The position numbers were made by a program, and so were the translations under genes. Under the pieces are notes generated by a model that worked only from the letters and a program-made list of their open reading frames with translations, was not told where the DNA came from and ran no database searches. This document shows, in pieces, positions 8,869-19,044 of a DNA stretch of 31,428 bases; position 1 is the stretch's first letter; the number at the start of each line of letters is the position of its first letter. Origin of the DNA: a candidate division WOR-3 bacterium (GTDB lineage: Bacteria; Hydrothermota; Tepidihabitantia; SM23-42; CAYGYG01). Location: positions 1 through 31,428 of the forward strand of contig CBFGIV010000026.1 in the NCBI GenBank assembly GCA_965648915.1. Reading direction: 5' to 3'.

Positions 8869-10761
8869 TCAGTATCTCTTCAGTATTATCAGGCTGTTTT
8901 TAGGATCGGTGAACCTTTCGAATCTCTCCTTAAAATTTGGGTAGTCAGATATCAGAATATGCCTGTTCCTGACAGATATTGTTCGATAGAAATGGACTAT
9001 ATTCGTATCACAGGCGCAGTCAATTCTAAAATTGAAATATCTGTTTGTATCAGTAATTGAGCCAGGTAGATAAACTGCCCGATAACCATGAGGAAATTTG
9101 ATCTCAATATCTTCGATACGCTGGTAATCGGCCGGAAAGAGGTAATCGTATTTCCTCTGGATTAACGAAGGAAAATAACCGGTAAGGCTGAAACTGAAGT
9201 TGAAGAGTGGGATTTTAACGATCATCATATTGCCCTGGGTAACGGCATAATCTGGTACCGTGAATGAGTAATTTACCCAGGCTGGTTCATCGAGGTTTTT
9301 CAAATTTGCAGTTTCATATCTCTTGACCGAAGCACCATAACCAAGATGGTTCAGACCTGTAGCAAAATAGATCTGCCGTTCCCGTTCGTTCTTATCCTTA
9401 AGAGAACTCCGCGAAAGAATCTCAGGATACCCTCTCAGTTCGTATGAAGCCTCCCCTTCCAGATTGCCTGATTTATCTACTGATAATACCAGACGAAGTT
9501 GCGATCGGCTCATTTCCGGCTGGTGATATACTGTCTTCGTCAAAAAGGAAGAGTCCTCCATTACCACCATCGCCAACCTTGCCTGTTGACTGGGCGGAAA
9601 GAAATCATAACCGCAGTTTTCCGCAGTTGGATCAATCCAGCGCATCTTCTCACCATCTTTAACTACAACCCAGACATCATTAAATTGCTCAAGGGATGGA
9701 ATCTCAGGGATGATTTCATAATCGCCGTTATTCCCTAATGCTGGATAAGACTCAATCCCGGCTGCCCTAAGCAGGCTCACCAGTAGCATTGTCTTATCGA
9801 GTGATATGCCGTAGCGGTTTTTCAGTATTGCTGATGGAGAGAGGGGGGTATAGCCACTGATCGCCGGATCGAGGTAGATACTTCTTATCTTTGATACTAC
9901 AAAGAGCGCAATCTTCTTGACCTTTTCTGAGTAGGTATCATCCGGTTTAATCAATTGTGTCAGTTCGCCTTTCAGTCTCTTATCAATTTTGAATCTTTTG
10001 TAAAATTTTTCTTTAAACCATTTACCTGTTTCTTGCCAGTTATGCGCCGAAGAATATATTAATTTTGTTGCTACTGCCTCGAGCGGCGGCATAGACTCTT
10101 CAAGAATAATCTGTTCGGAATTTCGTTTTACCCAGGAATAGATCTTTTGACCATTGGCCGTGGACTGATGGTATTCAACCTCGCTCCCGACAATTTTGTG
10201 CTTGATCTCAAACTTATCCGGGACAATAAGCCTGAAATTTTTTTCAAGCATCGGCTCGGGATATTGAAAAAATTCACTGCCCCAGATAAATTTAATCCCG
10301 CTTTTAGATTTTCCCCTGATCCGAAAATGGTATTCGATAACTGCATTTTTTTCCATTGCCGGGAATGAAACAACCTTCACCATTCTATTAGCATAGGCCG
10401 GGGCCTCGGCAACACTAACGGCGCTGACATCACTGATTGCCGTCTTGAGTGGTTTCACAACTTTTAAATCGGGTGTGATTGTGCGTGCCTCGACTATTTC
10501 AACCTCTTCTGAAGATTTATCATATTCGACCTTCTGATCTCCGTATTCATCGATACCCCGATCATTGAGCATCTTGATCAAGAGGTGAACCTCACGCACC
10601 TTCTCCCGGGTTGAGTAACGGTCAGTGATACGCTCAAAAAGGATAATGGCACCGGCCTGAGGGTAGTCCTCGCAACCGGGGGATTTTTTAATGATTGCCA
10701 TAATACTATCTTCGGCACAGAGAATCGAGACAGCAAACAGAATAATCATCGCGGGTTTCAT
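8869..10761 (-). CDS. DUF3857 / transglutaminase-like domain protein, probably catalytically inactive
   Basis: Signal peptide; DUF3857-like ARTITPD...FPAMEKNAVIEY; transglutaminase-like core RYGISLDKTMLL...QFNDVWV...WIDPT. Confidence 0.85.
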   Translation of the reverse strand: MKPAMIILFAVSILCAEDSIMAIIKKSPGCEDYPQAGAIILFERITDRYSTREKVREVHLLIKMLNDRGIDEYGDQKVEYDKSSEEVEIVEARTITPDLKVVKPLKTAISDVSAVSVAEAPAYANRMVKVVSFPAMEKNAVIEYHFRIRGKSKSGIKFIWGSEFFQYPEPMLEKNFRLIVPDKFEIKHKIVGSEVEYHQSTANGQKIYSWVKRNSEQIILEESMPPLEAVATKLIYSSAHNWQETGKWFKEKFYKRFKIDKRLKGELTQLIKPDDTYSEKVKKIALFVVSKIRSIYLDPAISGYTPLSPSAILKNRYGISLDKTMLLVSLLRAAGIESYPALGNNGDYEIIPEIPSLEQFNDVWVVVKDGEKMRWIDPTAENCGYDFFPPSQQARLAMVVMEDSSFLTKTVYHQPEMSRSQLRLVLSVDKSGNLEGEASYELRGYPEILSRSSLKDKNERERQIYFATGLNHLGYGASVKRYETANLKNLDEPAWVNYSFTVPDYAVTQGNMMIVKIPLFNFSFSLTGYFPSLIQRKYDYLFPADYQRIEDIEIKFPHGYRAVYLPGSITDTNRYFNFRIDCACDTNIVHFYRTISVRNRHILISDYPNFKERFERFTDPKNSLIILKRY

Positions 10762-10762
10762 T

Positions 10763-12649
10763 TTACCTCACTTTCTTCAAAATCACCTCTCCCCTCTTGA
10801 TTTTTGACAGTTCGGTAAGTTTCGCACGAAAGACCGGATAATCCGTAAGATCGATAATCATTGTGTCAACGACGAACTCCTTCTCGAAATTTATTGTATC
10901 GTTCCAGATTGCAAATTTGGCCCGGCTGTGATAGCCCGGACCGGTAAATGATGCTGGATCGGGAAAGGACTCTGGCACATAGCCTTCAGGGGTAATTATC
11001 TTTTCCTCCACGAAGAATGAAAAGGTAGAATTAAAGCGCAATGGATACTTGCGATCGGGTAAGCGGGCGCCGCTCAAAAAATATTCGGCCAGATCGACCG
11101 CACCAGCGGCAAGCGGGCTTTTGAAGATTAAGTAAGGCGATGCAACTATCCCATAATGTTCGGACTCATAATCAATCTCAAATTTCATAGCCGAATAGAG
11201 TGTGCTGAAATCAGGGAAGACAATCCTGGTCAGGCGAAGATCAGGGGCAATGGCGCCGATAAATCTCTGCATAAACATTTCACGGTTCAAAGGGGGTTGA
11301 TCCTTAAGCCAGGACCTGAAGAGATAGTCATAGATGCCACCTAATTCAATAGTGATCTCCCCCGTAATCGAACCATCGCCTTGAACCCTGACTAAATTTT
11401 TGACCCGGCCATAATTTTTCTTAGATTCTACCTTTGCAATGTAATTAAGATCCTGGCCGGTCGAATCGCAGACCAGGACCCCTTTTTCTGACTCATAGGC
11501 AACCAGCCAGTCTCTTGAGTTTTCGACCGTTGGATCAAGGTAGATGTATCCGCCCGAACGTTTTATGGCAACGGTGGCATGATTAAACTGGTCAGCCGGG
11601 ACCGCGCGATCAACCTTTACTGCTGGATTGGTCAAAACGATATAAGCATCAACACCGATTGCCCTTAACATTGCCACCAGAAGCGCGGCCTTATCCCGGC
11701 AGACGCCGTAGCGTCGGTTGTAGATCTCAATGACCGGTGCCGGTTCATAACCGCCCTTACGACCGGAAAGGGTGGTCTCGAGATATCTTATCCTCTGGGC
11801 AACCCAATAATGGAGAGCGGTAATCTTATCGTCTTCAGTTTTGAGTGTATCGGTAAGGAGTTTAACCTGTCTTATAATGTTCGTATCGATCTCGAATTTG
11901 GGCCGGCAGAGATGAAAGTACCAGCGCGACCAGACTGACCAGTCCGGAACCGTCGAGACAATCAACTTCTGGGCGATGTCATAAAATGGTCCCATCTGTG
12001 GTTCAGGGACTAACTTAGGAACCTTCTCAACCCACCAGATATAACTTATCTTATCGCCTTGATCGAGTCGTTCATATTTTATCAAATCTTTATCATATTT
12101 ATAATTAAGTACCATTGACCTGGGCAGGGTAACTGAGTAGTATTTTGACCAGATCGGGTCAGTCGACTCAAACAGGACGACATCATCGAAGTGGTTTTCC
12201 AATGGTGGATTCTTCATTATGAATTTGTATTCGTATTCGATATAACCACCTTCAGTCAGATTGGTGAAGGTCAACATCTTAACCCGGACATTGGGGATAT
12301 AAAAACGTTCAAAGGCAGGGAGTGGGACATCTTTGATTTTTTTGATATCAATCGGGTAGACCCTGCCGTCCGGGTCTATGGTCCGGGCAGTAAGAATAAC
12401 AACCGTATCGTAGGTCTGGTAGTATTCAAATGATAAATTCCCATAATTATTTTTACCCCGGCTGGTTAAGATCTTTATTAGGGTATGATGGCGCGCAATA
12501 TACCGACCGTCACGCTCAACATCGATGAAAGTGGAATCGAAAACGATTACCGCATCTGCATCGTCCGCTTCAACCTTTGGGGGCAAAAAACGCCCGGTGC
12601 TACAGTTGAGTGCAAAGAAGAAAAGAAAGATAATGAAAGATCGATACAC
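10763..12649 (-). CDS. DUF3857 / transglutaminase-like lipoprotein
   Basis: GTG start after AAGGAG; lipobox-like FALNC; intact triad GVCRDKA, QFNHA, YLDPT. Confidence 0.88.
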   Translation of the reverse strand: MYRSFIIFLFFFALNCSTGRFLPPKVEADDADAVIVFDSTFIDVERDGRYIARHHTLIKILTSRGKNNYGNLSFEYYQTYDTVVILTARTIDPDGRVYPIDIKKIKDVPLPAFERFYIPNVRVKMLTFTNLTEGGYIEYEYKFIMKNPPLENHFDDVVLFESTDPIWSKYYSVTLPRSMVLNYKYDKDLIKYERLDQGDKISYIWWVEKVPKLVPEPQMGPFYDIAQKLIVSTVPDWSVWSRWYFHLCRPKFEIDTNIIRQVKLLTDTLKTEDDKITALHYWVAQRIRYLETTLSGRKGGYEPAPVIEIYNRRYGVCRDKAALLVAMLRAIGVDAYIVLTNPAVKVDRAVPADQFNHATVAIKRSGGYIYLDPTVENSRDWLVAYESEKGVLVCDSTGQDLNYIAKVESKKNYGRVKNLVRVQGDGSITGEITIELGGIYDYLFRSWLKDQPPLNREMFMQRFIGAIAPDLRLTRIVFPDFSTLYSAMKFEIDYESEHYGIVASPYLIFKSPLAAGAVDLAEYFLSGARLPDRKYPLRFNSTFSFFVEEKIITPEGYVPESFPDPASFTGPGYHSRAKFAIWNDTINFEKEFVVDTMIIDLTDYPVFRAKLTELSKIKRGEVILKKVR

Positions 12650-12674
12650 GATTATCTCCTTTGTGAAAAGGTAA

Positions 12675-14336
12675 CTAAAATTCGATCAAATCTTTTATCC
12701 GATTTATCTGCCTCTCCCCTATCCCATTAACTTTTCTCAAATCGGCTGTTGATCGAAAAGGGCCATTCCTGGTCCGGTATTCAATAATCCTTTTAGCCAG
12801 AGTTGGACCAATCAGCGGTAAAGAGACGAGCTCCCGCTGGTCAGCAGTATTAATATTCACCCGGCCGGATTTTTTGGGCCGAGCCGCTTGAACAATATAA
12901 TTATTCTGGCTAACATATTTGATATCGGGATAGCGGGTCAGGTGCTGGACGATCAATTCATAGATAGTCCAGTCAGTCGGTTCGATATTATAAATGCCAT
13001 CCCAGGTTGTGAGTCTCTTCTGCTGAATCATATAATCGCTGGTGACAACCTTGATTATCGGCCGGGGCGAGGATAGTTCAATACTTCCCACTTTACCGCC
13101 AGCAGCGTATGTGGGATCAAAAAAGACCCGGACGCCGGCCAGAGGGAACTTAGTATTCCAGAAGGCAAGTTCATCTTCAATAATATCCTTGAGTCGGCCG
13201 GTATCGATATCAAAGGTAAATAGTCGATCTTCAAAGGGAACGATAGAATGGATGGCCCGGCGACTTATTTGACCTTCCGGAAGTTCATCACGGATTGTCC
13301 CGCTCGGTATAAAGGCAACATCGGTATTCAATCCCTGGCGCAGAATCTCAGTTATCCAGAAGCCCAACTCTTCCATATTCAAATAACGGTGATTATAGGC
13401 GATAATCTCATCCATCTCCTTAATAATTTCTTTCTGAATCAAAGACTCGACCTGGGGATCGACGGGTAAAGAAGGGGTGATGTTTCTTATTGTTGAGGTA
13501 AGCGTTGAAATGCATTCAGCATCGAGATCATATTTTATATCAAGGATACCAAGCCTCTGCCCTTTGGTTCCAGCCTGAACGACATATGTCTTATTTCCAA
13601 TCTTTTTAGCGGGCTCGATGACGATGTGGTCATGCCCACCGATTATGAGATCGATGATTGGAAATTTTTGAGCAATCTCCATATCCTTTTTAGAACCGAG
13701 ATGGCTTAAGAGGATAATCATCTGGGCACCCGCTTGTTTCAGTTCTTTGAGGTATTTTTCGAGGGCCCTATCTTCCGGGACAAAATTTAATCCTATCAGT
13801 TGCTTGGCCGTTGCCAATCTTTCGGTCGTAACTGTAGTCAAACCGACAATTCCTATTCTCAATCTTTCGAATTGTTTAATGGTGAATGGTTTAATAAATT
13901 CAGGATGAACAAATTCCGGAGCGCAATATAGATTTGCCGATAGAAAAGGGAATTTTGCTGATCGGGCAAGGTCCTCGAGATTCTTTTGGCCAAAGGCAAG
14001 GTCGTGATTGCCGATGGTCAGGGCGTCATAGCCAACTGCATTCATAATCTTAATCATCACCAGACCTTTGGTCTTATTCCCTTCAGGTGAACCATAATAA
14101 AAATCTCCGGCATCGAGCACCAGGAGGTATCGGTTATTCTGACGCAAACTTTTTATCAAAGCGGCGATCCGGGAAAGTCCTCCATATACCGGTTTTGGTT
14201 GGCCTGGATCGAATAAGTCGCAGGAGGGAAATAAAGCGCCATGGATATCATTTGTATGGGCGATGCACAGTTGTATGCATTCACCCGCCCATAAAAAAGA
14301 CCATAACCAGAGTGCAAAAAGTAATCGCTTTAACAT
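12675..14336 (-). CDS. Exported 5'-nucleotidase (calcineurin-like metallophosphoesterase plus 5'-NT C domain) fused to ComEA-type helix-hairpin-helix domain
   Basis: HTNDIHG, DAGD, GNHD, SHLG, GGHDH metal motifs; GTIRDEL...VPF C-domain; C-terminal VNINTADQRELVSLPLIGPTLAKRIIEYR..NGPF...VNGIG. Confidence 0.9.
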   Translation of the reverse strand: MLKRLLFALWLWSFLWAGECIQLCIAHTNDIHGALFPSCDLFDPGQPKPVYGGLSRIAALIKSLRQNNRYLLVLDAGDFYYGSPEGNKTKGLVMIKIMNAVGYDALTIGNHDLAFGQKNLEDLARSAKFPFLSANLYCAPEFVHPEFIKPFTIKQFERLRIGIVGLTTVTTERLATAKQLIGLNFVPEDRALEKYLKELKQAGAQMIILLSHLGSKKDMEIAQKFPIIDLIIGGHDHIVIEPAKKIGNKTYVVQAGTKGQRLGILDIKYDLDAECISTLTSTIRNITPSLPVDPQVESLIQKEIIKEMDEIIAYNHRYLNMEELGFWITEILRQGLNTDVAFIPSGTIRDELPEGQISRRAIHSIVPFEDRLFTFDIDTGRLKDIIEDELAFWNTKFPLAGVRVFFDPTYAAGGKVGSIELSSPRPIIKVVTSDYMIQQKRLTTWDGIYNIEPTDWTIYELIVQHLTRYPDIKYVSQNNYIVQAARPKKSGRVNINTADQRELVSLPLIGPTLAKRIIEYRTRNGPFRSTADLRKVNGIGERQINRIKDLIEF

Positions 14337-14350
14337 CGGTTATTGACCAC

Positions 14351-16810
14351 TCACTCGGTCACAATACTGAGCAGCTTATTGGGTATGTAGATTAATTTTT
14401 TTAAGTTTTTACCCTGAATATACTTTAAAATTTTTGCATCTTGCAGAGCGCGGGTTTTAATCTCATCTTCAGTGATATTGACCGGGACCTCTAATTTAGA
14501 ACGCACCCGGCCATTTACTTGAATAACAATTGTTTGAATATCGCCAATCAGATAATCCCGATCATACTCAGGCCAGGGCTCTTCAAGGAGACTCCCCTTA
14601 CCCCCGACCCTGGACCATAATTCATCAGCAATAAAAGGGGTCAGGGGTGATAAGAGATGGATAAAGGATTTTAATGTGTGGAAGAAGACCAGCGGCTTTT
14701 TTTCGCTAAATTTATTGGCTTCGTTTAAGAGTTCCATCAAGGCAGCAAGGGCAGTATTAAACTTTAGCGATTCAATATCTTCGGTGACCTTTTTTATAGT
14801 CTGGTTTAACTTTATATAAAGTGCAATCTCATCCTGGTTCGACAACGATTTTCGCTCGAACTTCAAATTCCTGATGGATTCGCTATTATCGTTCACGATT
14901 CGATAGACCCGGTTGAGAAATCGCTGGGCACCGGTTACTCCTTCCTCACTCCACTCCATATCTTTTTCGGGTGGGGCAGCAAAGAGGATGGCGATCCGTG
15001 AAGTATCAGAACCATTGATCTCGACAAAAGGTCCAAGCGGAACTGTGTTGCCCTTGGATTTTGACATCGCCACACCCCCCTTTAAGACCATCCCCTGGGT
15101 AAAGAGGCAATCGACCGGTTCATCGACCGGGAGATAACCTGCATCATAAAGAACTTTAGTGAAGAACCGGAAATAGATTAAATGGCCAGTAGCGTGTTCA
15201 ATACCACCGATGTACTTATCGATCGGCAACCAGTTGGTTGCGTAATCTCTACGGCAGAACTCACGGCTATTCCTGGGGTCGAGGTATCTCAGGAAATACC
15301 AGGATGAACAGACGAAGGTATCCATTGTATCGGTCTCACGTCTTGCCCCTCCCCGGCACTGAGGACATTCAGTATAAAGGAATTCCTTAACTGTCGCCAG
15401 CGGGGACTGTCCCCGGGGCATAAAATCTTTGACATCTTTTGGCAATAGCACCGGTAGTTTGTCAACACTCACCGGTATGATACCGCACCGCTCACAATAA
15501 ATCATCGGAATCGGCGCCCCCCAGTAACGCTGACGGGAGATCAACCAATCTCTGAGCCGATACGAAACCGATGGGCCACCTACACCTTTATTCTCAAGAT
15601 GCTGTGCCACCTTTATTATTCCATCGATCGAATTAAGACCATTAAAGATATCGGAATTGACCATTATACCGGGATCGATGAATGCCCTATCCATCCGCTC
15701 AACATCGATCCTGCCATCCGGCGGCTGAATTACAATTTTTATCGGCAGATTGTATTTCTTGGCAAATTCAAAGTCGCGCTGATCATGGGCAGGGACGCCC
15801 ATTACCACGCCACTACCATAACCGGCCAGGACATAATCAGCAACAAAAATTGGAATCTTCTCACCACTCAGGGGATTTATTGCATACCTACCTGTAAAGA
15901 CACCATCTTTTTCACGTTCAGTTGCCCCGCGAATGATCTCCGAGGTCTTGATCGCCTTTTCGATATATTCCCTCACGCTCGAGATACCAGGACTGCCTTC
16001 AATTAGTTTATTAATGATCAGATTTTCTGGTGCAATACTCATAAAGGTGACGCCATAGATTGTATCGGGCCGGGTTGTGAAGACACGGAGTTTAATGTCC
16101 AATCCATCAACCGGAAAGTCAATTATGCAGCCCTCACTTCTTCCGATCCAGTTGCTTTGCATAATCTTGACACTTTCGGGCCAATTCCTTAATTTCTCAA
16201 TATCCTTAAGCAGTCGATCAGCATAGGCAGTAATCTTGAAATACCACTGGGTCATTCTCCTTTTTTCAACCGATGAACTGCAGCGATAGCAACTCCCTTC
16301 CTGTACCTGCTCGTTGGCAAGAACAGTTTGACATCCGGGGCACCAGTTAACATATCCCTCCTGGCGATAGGCTAAGCCTCTTTGATACATCAACAAAAAC
16401 ATCCACTGCGTCCAGCGGTAATAATCTGGTTCACAGGTTATCACTTCCCGTTCCCAATCGTAGCCAATACCCAGTCTCTTTATTGTCGCCCGTGAAATAT
16501 TAATGTTCTCTATCGTCCACTGATATGGATGGATATGGCGATCGATTGCCGCATTTTCTGCCGGTAGTCCAAACGCATCCCACCCGATGGGATGGAGAAC
16601 GTCATAGCCTTTCCTCTTCATAAACCGAAATAGAACATCGCCGATAGTGTAGTTTCGACAGTGCCCCATATGAAGATCACCCGATGGATAAGGAAACATC
16701 ATTAAATTATAGAACTTCTTTTTAGGTGGGTCGGGCGTTTTAAAAAGATTGTGTTCCTCCCAGTATTTTAACCATTTATTTTCAATCTCTTTTACATTGT
16801 AATCAAGCAT
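14351..16810 (-). CDS. leuS: Leucine--tRNA ligase
   Basis: MFPYPSGDLHMGH (HIGH), FTTRPDT editing domain, DWLISRQRYWG, MSKSKGN, QVNGRVR. Confidence 0.98.
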   Translation of the reverse strand: MLDYNVKEIENKWLKYWEEHNLFKTPDPPKKKFYNLMMFPYPSGDLHMGHCRNYTIGDVLFRFMKRKGYDVLHPIGWDAFGLPAENAAIDRHIHPYQWTIENINISRATIKRLGIGYDWEREVITCEPDYYRWTQWMFLLMYQRGLAYRQEGYVNWCPGCQTVLANEQVQEGSCYRCSSSVEKRRMTQWYFKITAYADRLLKDIEKLRNWPESVKIMQSNWIGRSEGCIIDFPVDGLDIKLRVFTTRPDTIYGVTFMSIAPENLIINKLIEGSPGISSVREYIEKAIKTSEIIRGATEREKDGVFTGRYAINPLSGEKIPIFVADYVLAGYGSGVVMGVPAHDQRDFEFAKKYNLPIKIVIQPPDGRIDVERMDRAFIDPGIMVNSDIFNGLNSIDGIIKVAQHLENKGVGGPSVSYRLRDWLISRQRYWGAPIPMIYCERCGIIPVSVDKLPVLLPKDVKDFMPRGQSPLATVKEFLYTECPQCRGGARRETDTMDTFVCSSWYFLRYLDPRNSREFCRRDYATNWLPIDKYIGGIEHATGHLIYFRFFTKVLYDAGYLPVDEPVDCLFTQGMVLKGGVAMSKSKGNTVPLGPFVEINGSDTSRIAILFAAPPEKDMEWSEEGVTGAQRFLNRVYRIVNDNSESIRNLKFERKSLSNQDEIALYIKLNQTIKKVTEDIESLKFNTALAALMELLNEANKFSEKKPLVFFHTLKSFIHLLSPLTPFIADELWSRVGGKGSLLEEPWPEYDRDYLIGDIQTIVIQVNGRVRSKLEVPVNITEDEIKTRALQDAKILKYIQGKNLKKLIYIPNKLLSIVTE

Positions 16811-16910
16811 TTGCTTCCTTTCTTGAATCTGAGATTTTTTTTGAATTCTGAACTGATGATCAGTGGTTTTAATTGATGGTCAATTATCTAAATAAAATTT
16901 TTTGAACAAA

Positions 16911-17741
16911 TTACTGCCCGGATTCCTGTAGAATCTCCGCGCCACATTTTTCACAGTACCATGAGTCAGGATTATTGGCAAAACCACATTTGGGGCAGAC
17001 AATCTTCTTGGGCTGTTCGCGGAATGCCTCCTTCTTGGTAAAGATGTGCTCTTCGATATCTAACATACCAAAATCTTTAGCTTGGTCTTCAGCCTTAACC
17101 TTATCTGTAGTTTCTTCTTTAGATTCTTCCTTCACTTCTTCTTTGGCCTTTTCAACACCGCCTTTCAGTTCGGCAAAAAAGTCTTCAAATTTAAACTTAT
17201 CCTCTTTCTTAGGTGCCTCCGTAACAACCGCCTTTTCGGGAGATTCGGTTTTTTCCTCAACCCGGGGTGCTTCTTCGACCTTTTCGGTAGTTATATCCGG
17301 GCCCCCTTCTTCTGCTGCCTCAGTTCGCATCTGTAAGAGTTCTTTCATCCAGCCGGTCTGCTCCTCGATCGAACGGAGTCCTTTTTCGACTTCAGCCAGT
17401 TTATGATGCAACTCGCGTTCCCGGCGCTTGAAAGTTTCCTCATCATATTCACCAATTGAGTACCTGAGCTCAAGTTCTTCGAGTTCCATATCAATCTCTT
17501 CTTTCTTAAGCGCGAATTCCTTTTTTTCGGTCTCTACGGTTTTAAGTTTGTGTTCGACAAGCTCTCTTTTATTCAGGAGTTCGTGATTGACTTCTTCAAG
17601 TTTTGCCTCGTATTCTTTTTTCACCTTTTCATAGACCTGCGGTTTAACAGTATCTTTTTTCTCTTCGACCATTTTAATCTTTGCCAGTAAATCACTCCGG
17701 CGCTGTTCCAGTTTTTTTAACTCCGCCAATTGATCTTCCAT
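16911..17741 (-). CDS. Coiled-coil protein with acidic linker and C-terminal zinc ribbon
   Basis: About 135-aa E/K-rich heptad region; CPKC-x10-CEKC; SD AAGGAG. Confidence 0.8.
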   Translation of the reverse strand: MEDQLAELKKLEQRRSDLLAKIKMVEEKKDTVKPQVYEKVKKEYEAKLEEVNHELLNKRELVEHKLKTVETEKKEFALKKEEIDMELEELELRYSIGEYDEETFKRRERELHHKLAEVEKGLRSIEEQTGWMKELLQMRTEAAEEGGPDITTEKVEEAPRVEEKTESPEKAVVTEAPKKEDKFKFEDFFAELKGGVEKAKEEVKEESKEETTDKVKAEDQAKDFGMLDIEEHIFTKKEAFREQPKKIVCPKCGFANNPDSWYCEKCGAEILQESGQ

Positions 17742-17772
17742 ATTGACTCCTTTCTTAATCGACCTCCATATT

Positions 17773-18672
17773 TTAATTATTAATAATAAAAGACTCTAAT
17801 AACTGAAAGGGAAATTTAGTCCCCGTTTTAAATTTACGATCAATAAGATATAACCTGGCTAATCGATCGACAATATCTTTAATTGTCCAATCCTGGTATT
17901 GATGAAAATACTTTTCTTTTGCCATATCCGGGGTCTTACTCTTCAGTAGAGAAATAAGTTGTGTGGTCAGTGCCCCAACAATCTTAAGGTGTTGATCGGT
18001 GTAATCACGCATCCCCTGCAGTTGATCAAGGGCCCTGGTAGCTGCTCGGTTTAAATAGGAGCGAATAAACTCATAAATTGAAATCACATTTAAATTATAA
18101 ACGAGTTCCCTCAAATCTTCAGTACTTATATTCTTACTTTCGCCGAGAAAATCCTGCAACTTTTCTAACTCCATTTTGAGCATATTTGGTTGCTCTTGAT
18201 ATTCTGATATCAAAAAATTTATCAACTCATCATCGAGTTTGATATTATTGCCCCTCAGCCAGTTGTTTATAATTTCGCTTACGGTCTGATCGTTTCTTTT
18301 TTTTGTTAGGTCAATGAGCGTAAATTTTTTAAGCAGGGGAATATAGTCTTTATCAGTTACTACAATTACCACATAAGACGAAAGGGGTTGGACCTCGATC
18401 GCATCTAAAAGTCTTTCAAAATCATTTTTGGAGACTGATTTATCAGACCCTTTAATAACAACTATCCGATCATCACTGAAAAAAGAACGGGTATGGATCG
18501 CCTCAACGATTTGGGCGATACTCGAATCGTTAAGCCGGAAGGTTAAGGTCTCGATCCGGTTCATCTTTCCCTTGCTGGTTTTTCTCTTTAATAGCTCAAT
18601 CTCCTTCTCGATAAGATACTCGTTGTTACCGTAGATGCAGAATAGTTTAGTGCTGTTTCCTGGATTAACCAT
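17773..18672 (-). CDS. holA: DNA polymerase III delta subunit
   Basis: CIYGNNEYLI, TRSFFSDDRIVVIK, ELEKL, IDRKFKTG; typical size; near leuS. Confidence 0.8.
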   Translation of the reverse strand: MVNPGNSTKLFCIYGNNEYLIEKEIELLKRKTSKGKMNRIETLTFRLNDSSIAQIVEAIHTRSFFSDDRIVVIKGSDKSVSKNDFERLLDAIEVQPLSSYVVIVVTDKDYIPLLKKFTLIDLTKKRNDQTVSEIINNWLRGNNIKLDDELINFLISEYQEQPNMLKMELEKLQDFLGESKNISTEDLRELVYNLNVISIYEFIRSYLNRAATRALDQLQGMRDYTDQHLKIVGALTTQLISLLKSKTPDMAKEKYFHQYQDWTIKDIVDRLARLYLIDRKFKTGTKFPFQLLESFIINN

Positions 18673-18677
18673 AGCAT

Positions 18678-18705
18678 ATTTTATACCTTTTTCCTTTTAA
18701 GTCAA
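18678..18705 (-). promoter_or_regulatory. sigma70-like promoter of holA, probably leaderless
   Basis: TTGACT(18705-18700)-N16-TAAAAT(18683-18678). ATG 5 nt downstream. Confidence 0.7.
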
Positions 18706-18896
18706 GAAAAAAATAATATATACCGCTTCCATTCTCCCCATCGGTCAGCGTTAGAATCAGATCGATGATAATACAATATAAGCCCCACCCATTCTTTTAT
18801 ATATACATCAATTCATCCTCTCTTCGGAGTAATTATCGAAAGCGTATCGTCACACCGATTAAAACTTTAATTTCTGAAATTCAATAGCTATTAAGA

Positions 18897-18940
18897 CAAA
18901 CAAAAAATTATCCCGCCAGGATATATAACCCTGACGGGAT
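18897..18940 (-). terminator. Rho-independent terminator
   Basis: Minus strand ATCCCGTCAGG-N9-CCTGGCGGGAT (one G-U pair) followed by AATTTTTTGTTT. Confidence 0.7.
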
Positions 18941-19044
18941 CAACCCACACATACCACCCACTTTCATTATATTATACAGATTGAAAGAAATTTTATTCAA
19001 CCGAAATGGTTGAAGTCTGATCAAGCTATCAATAACTATCCGAT

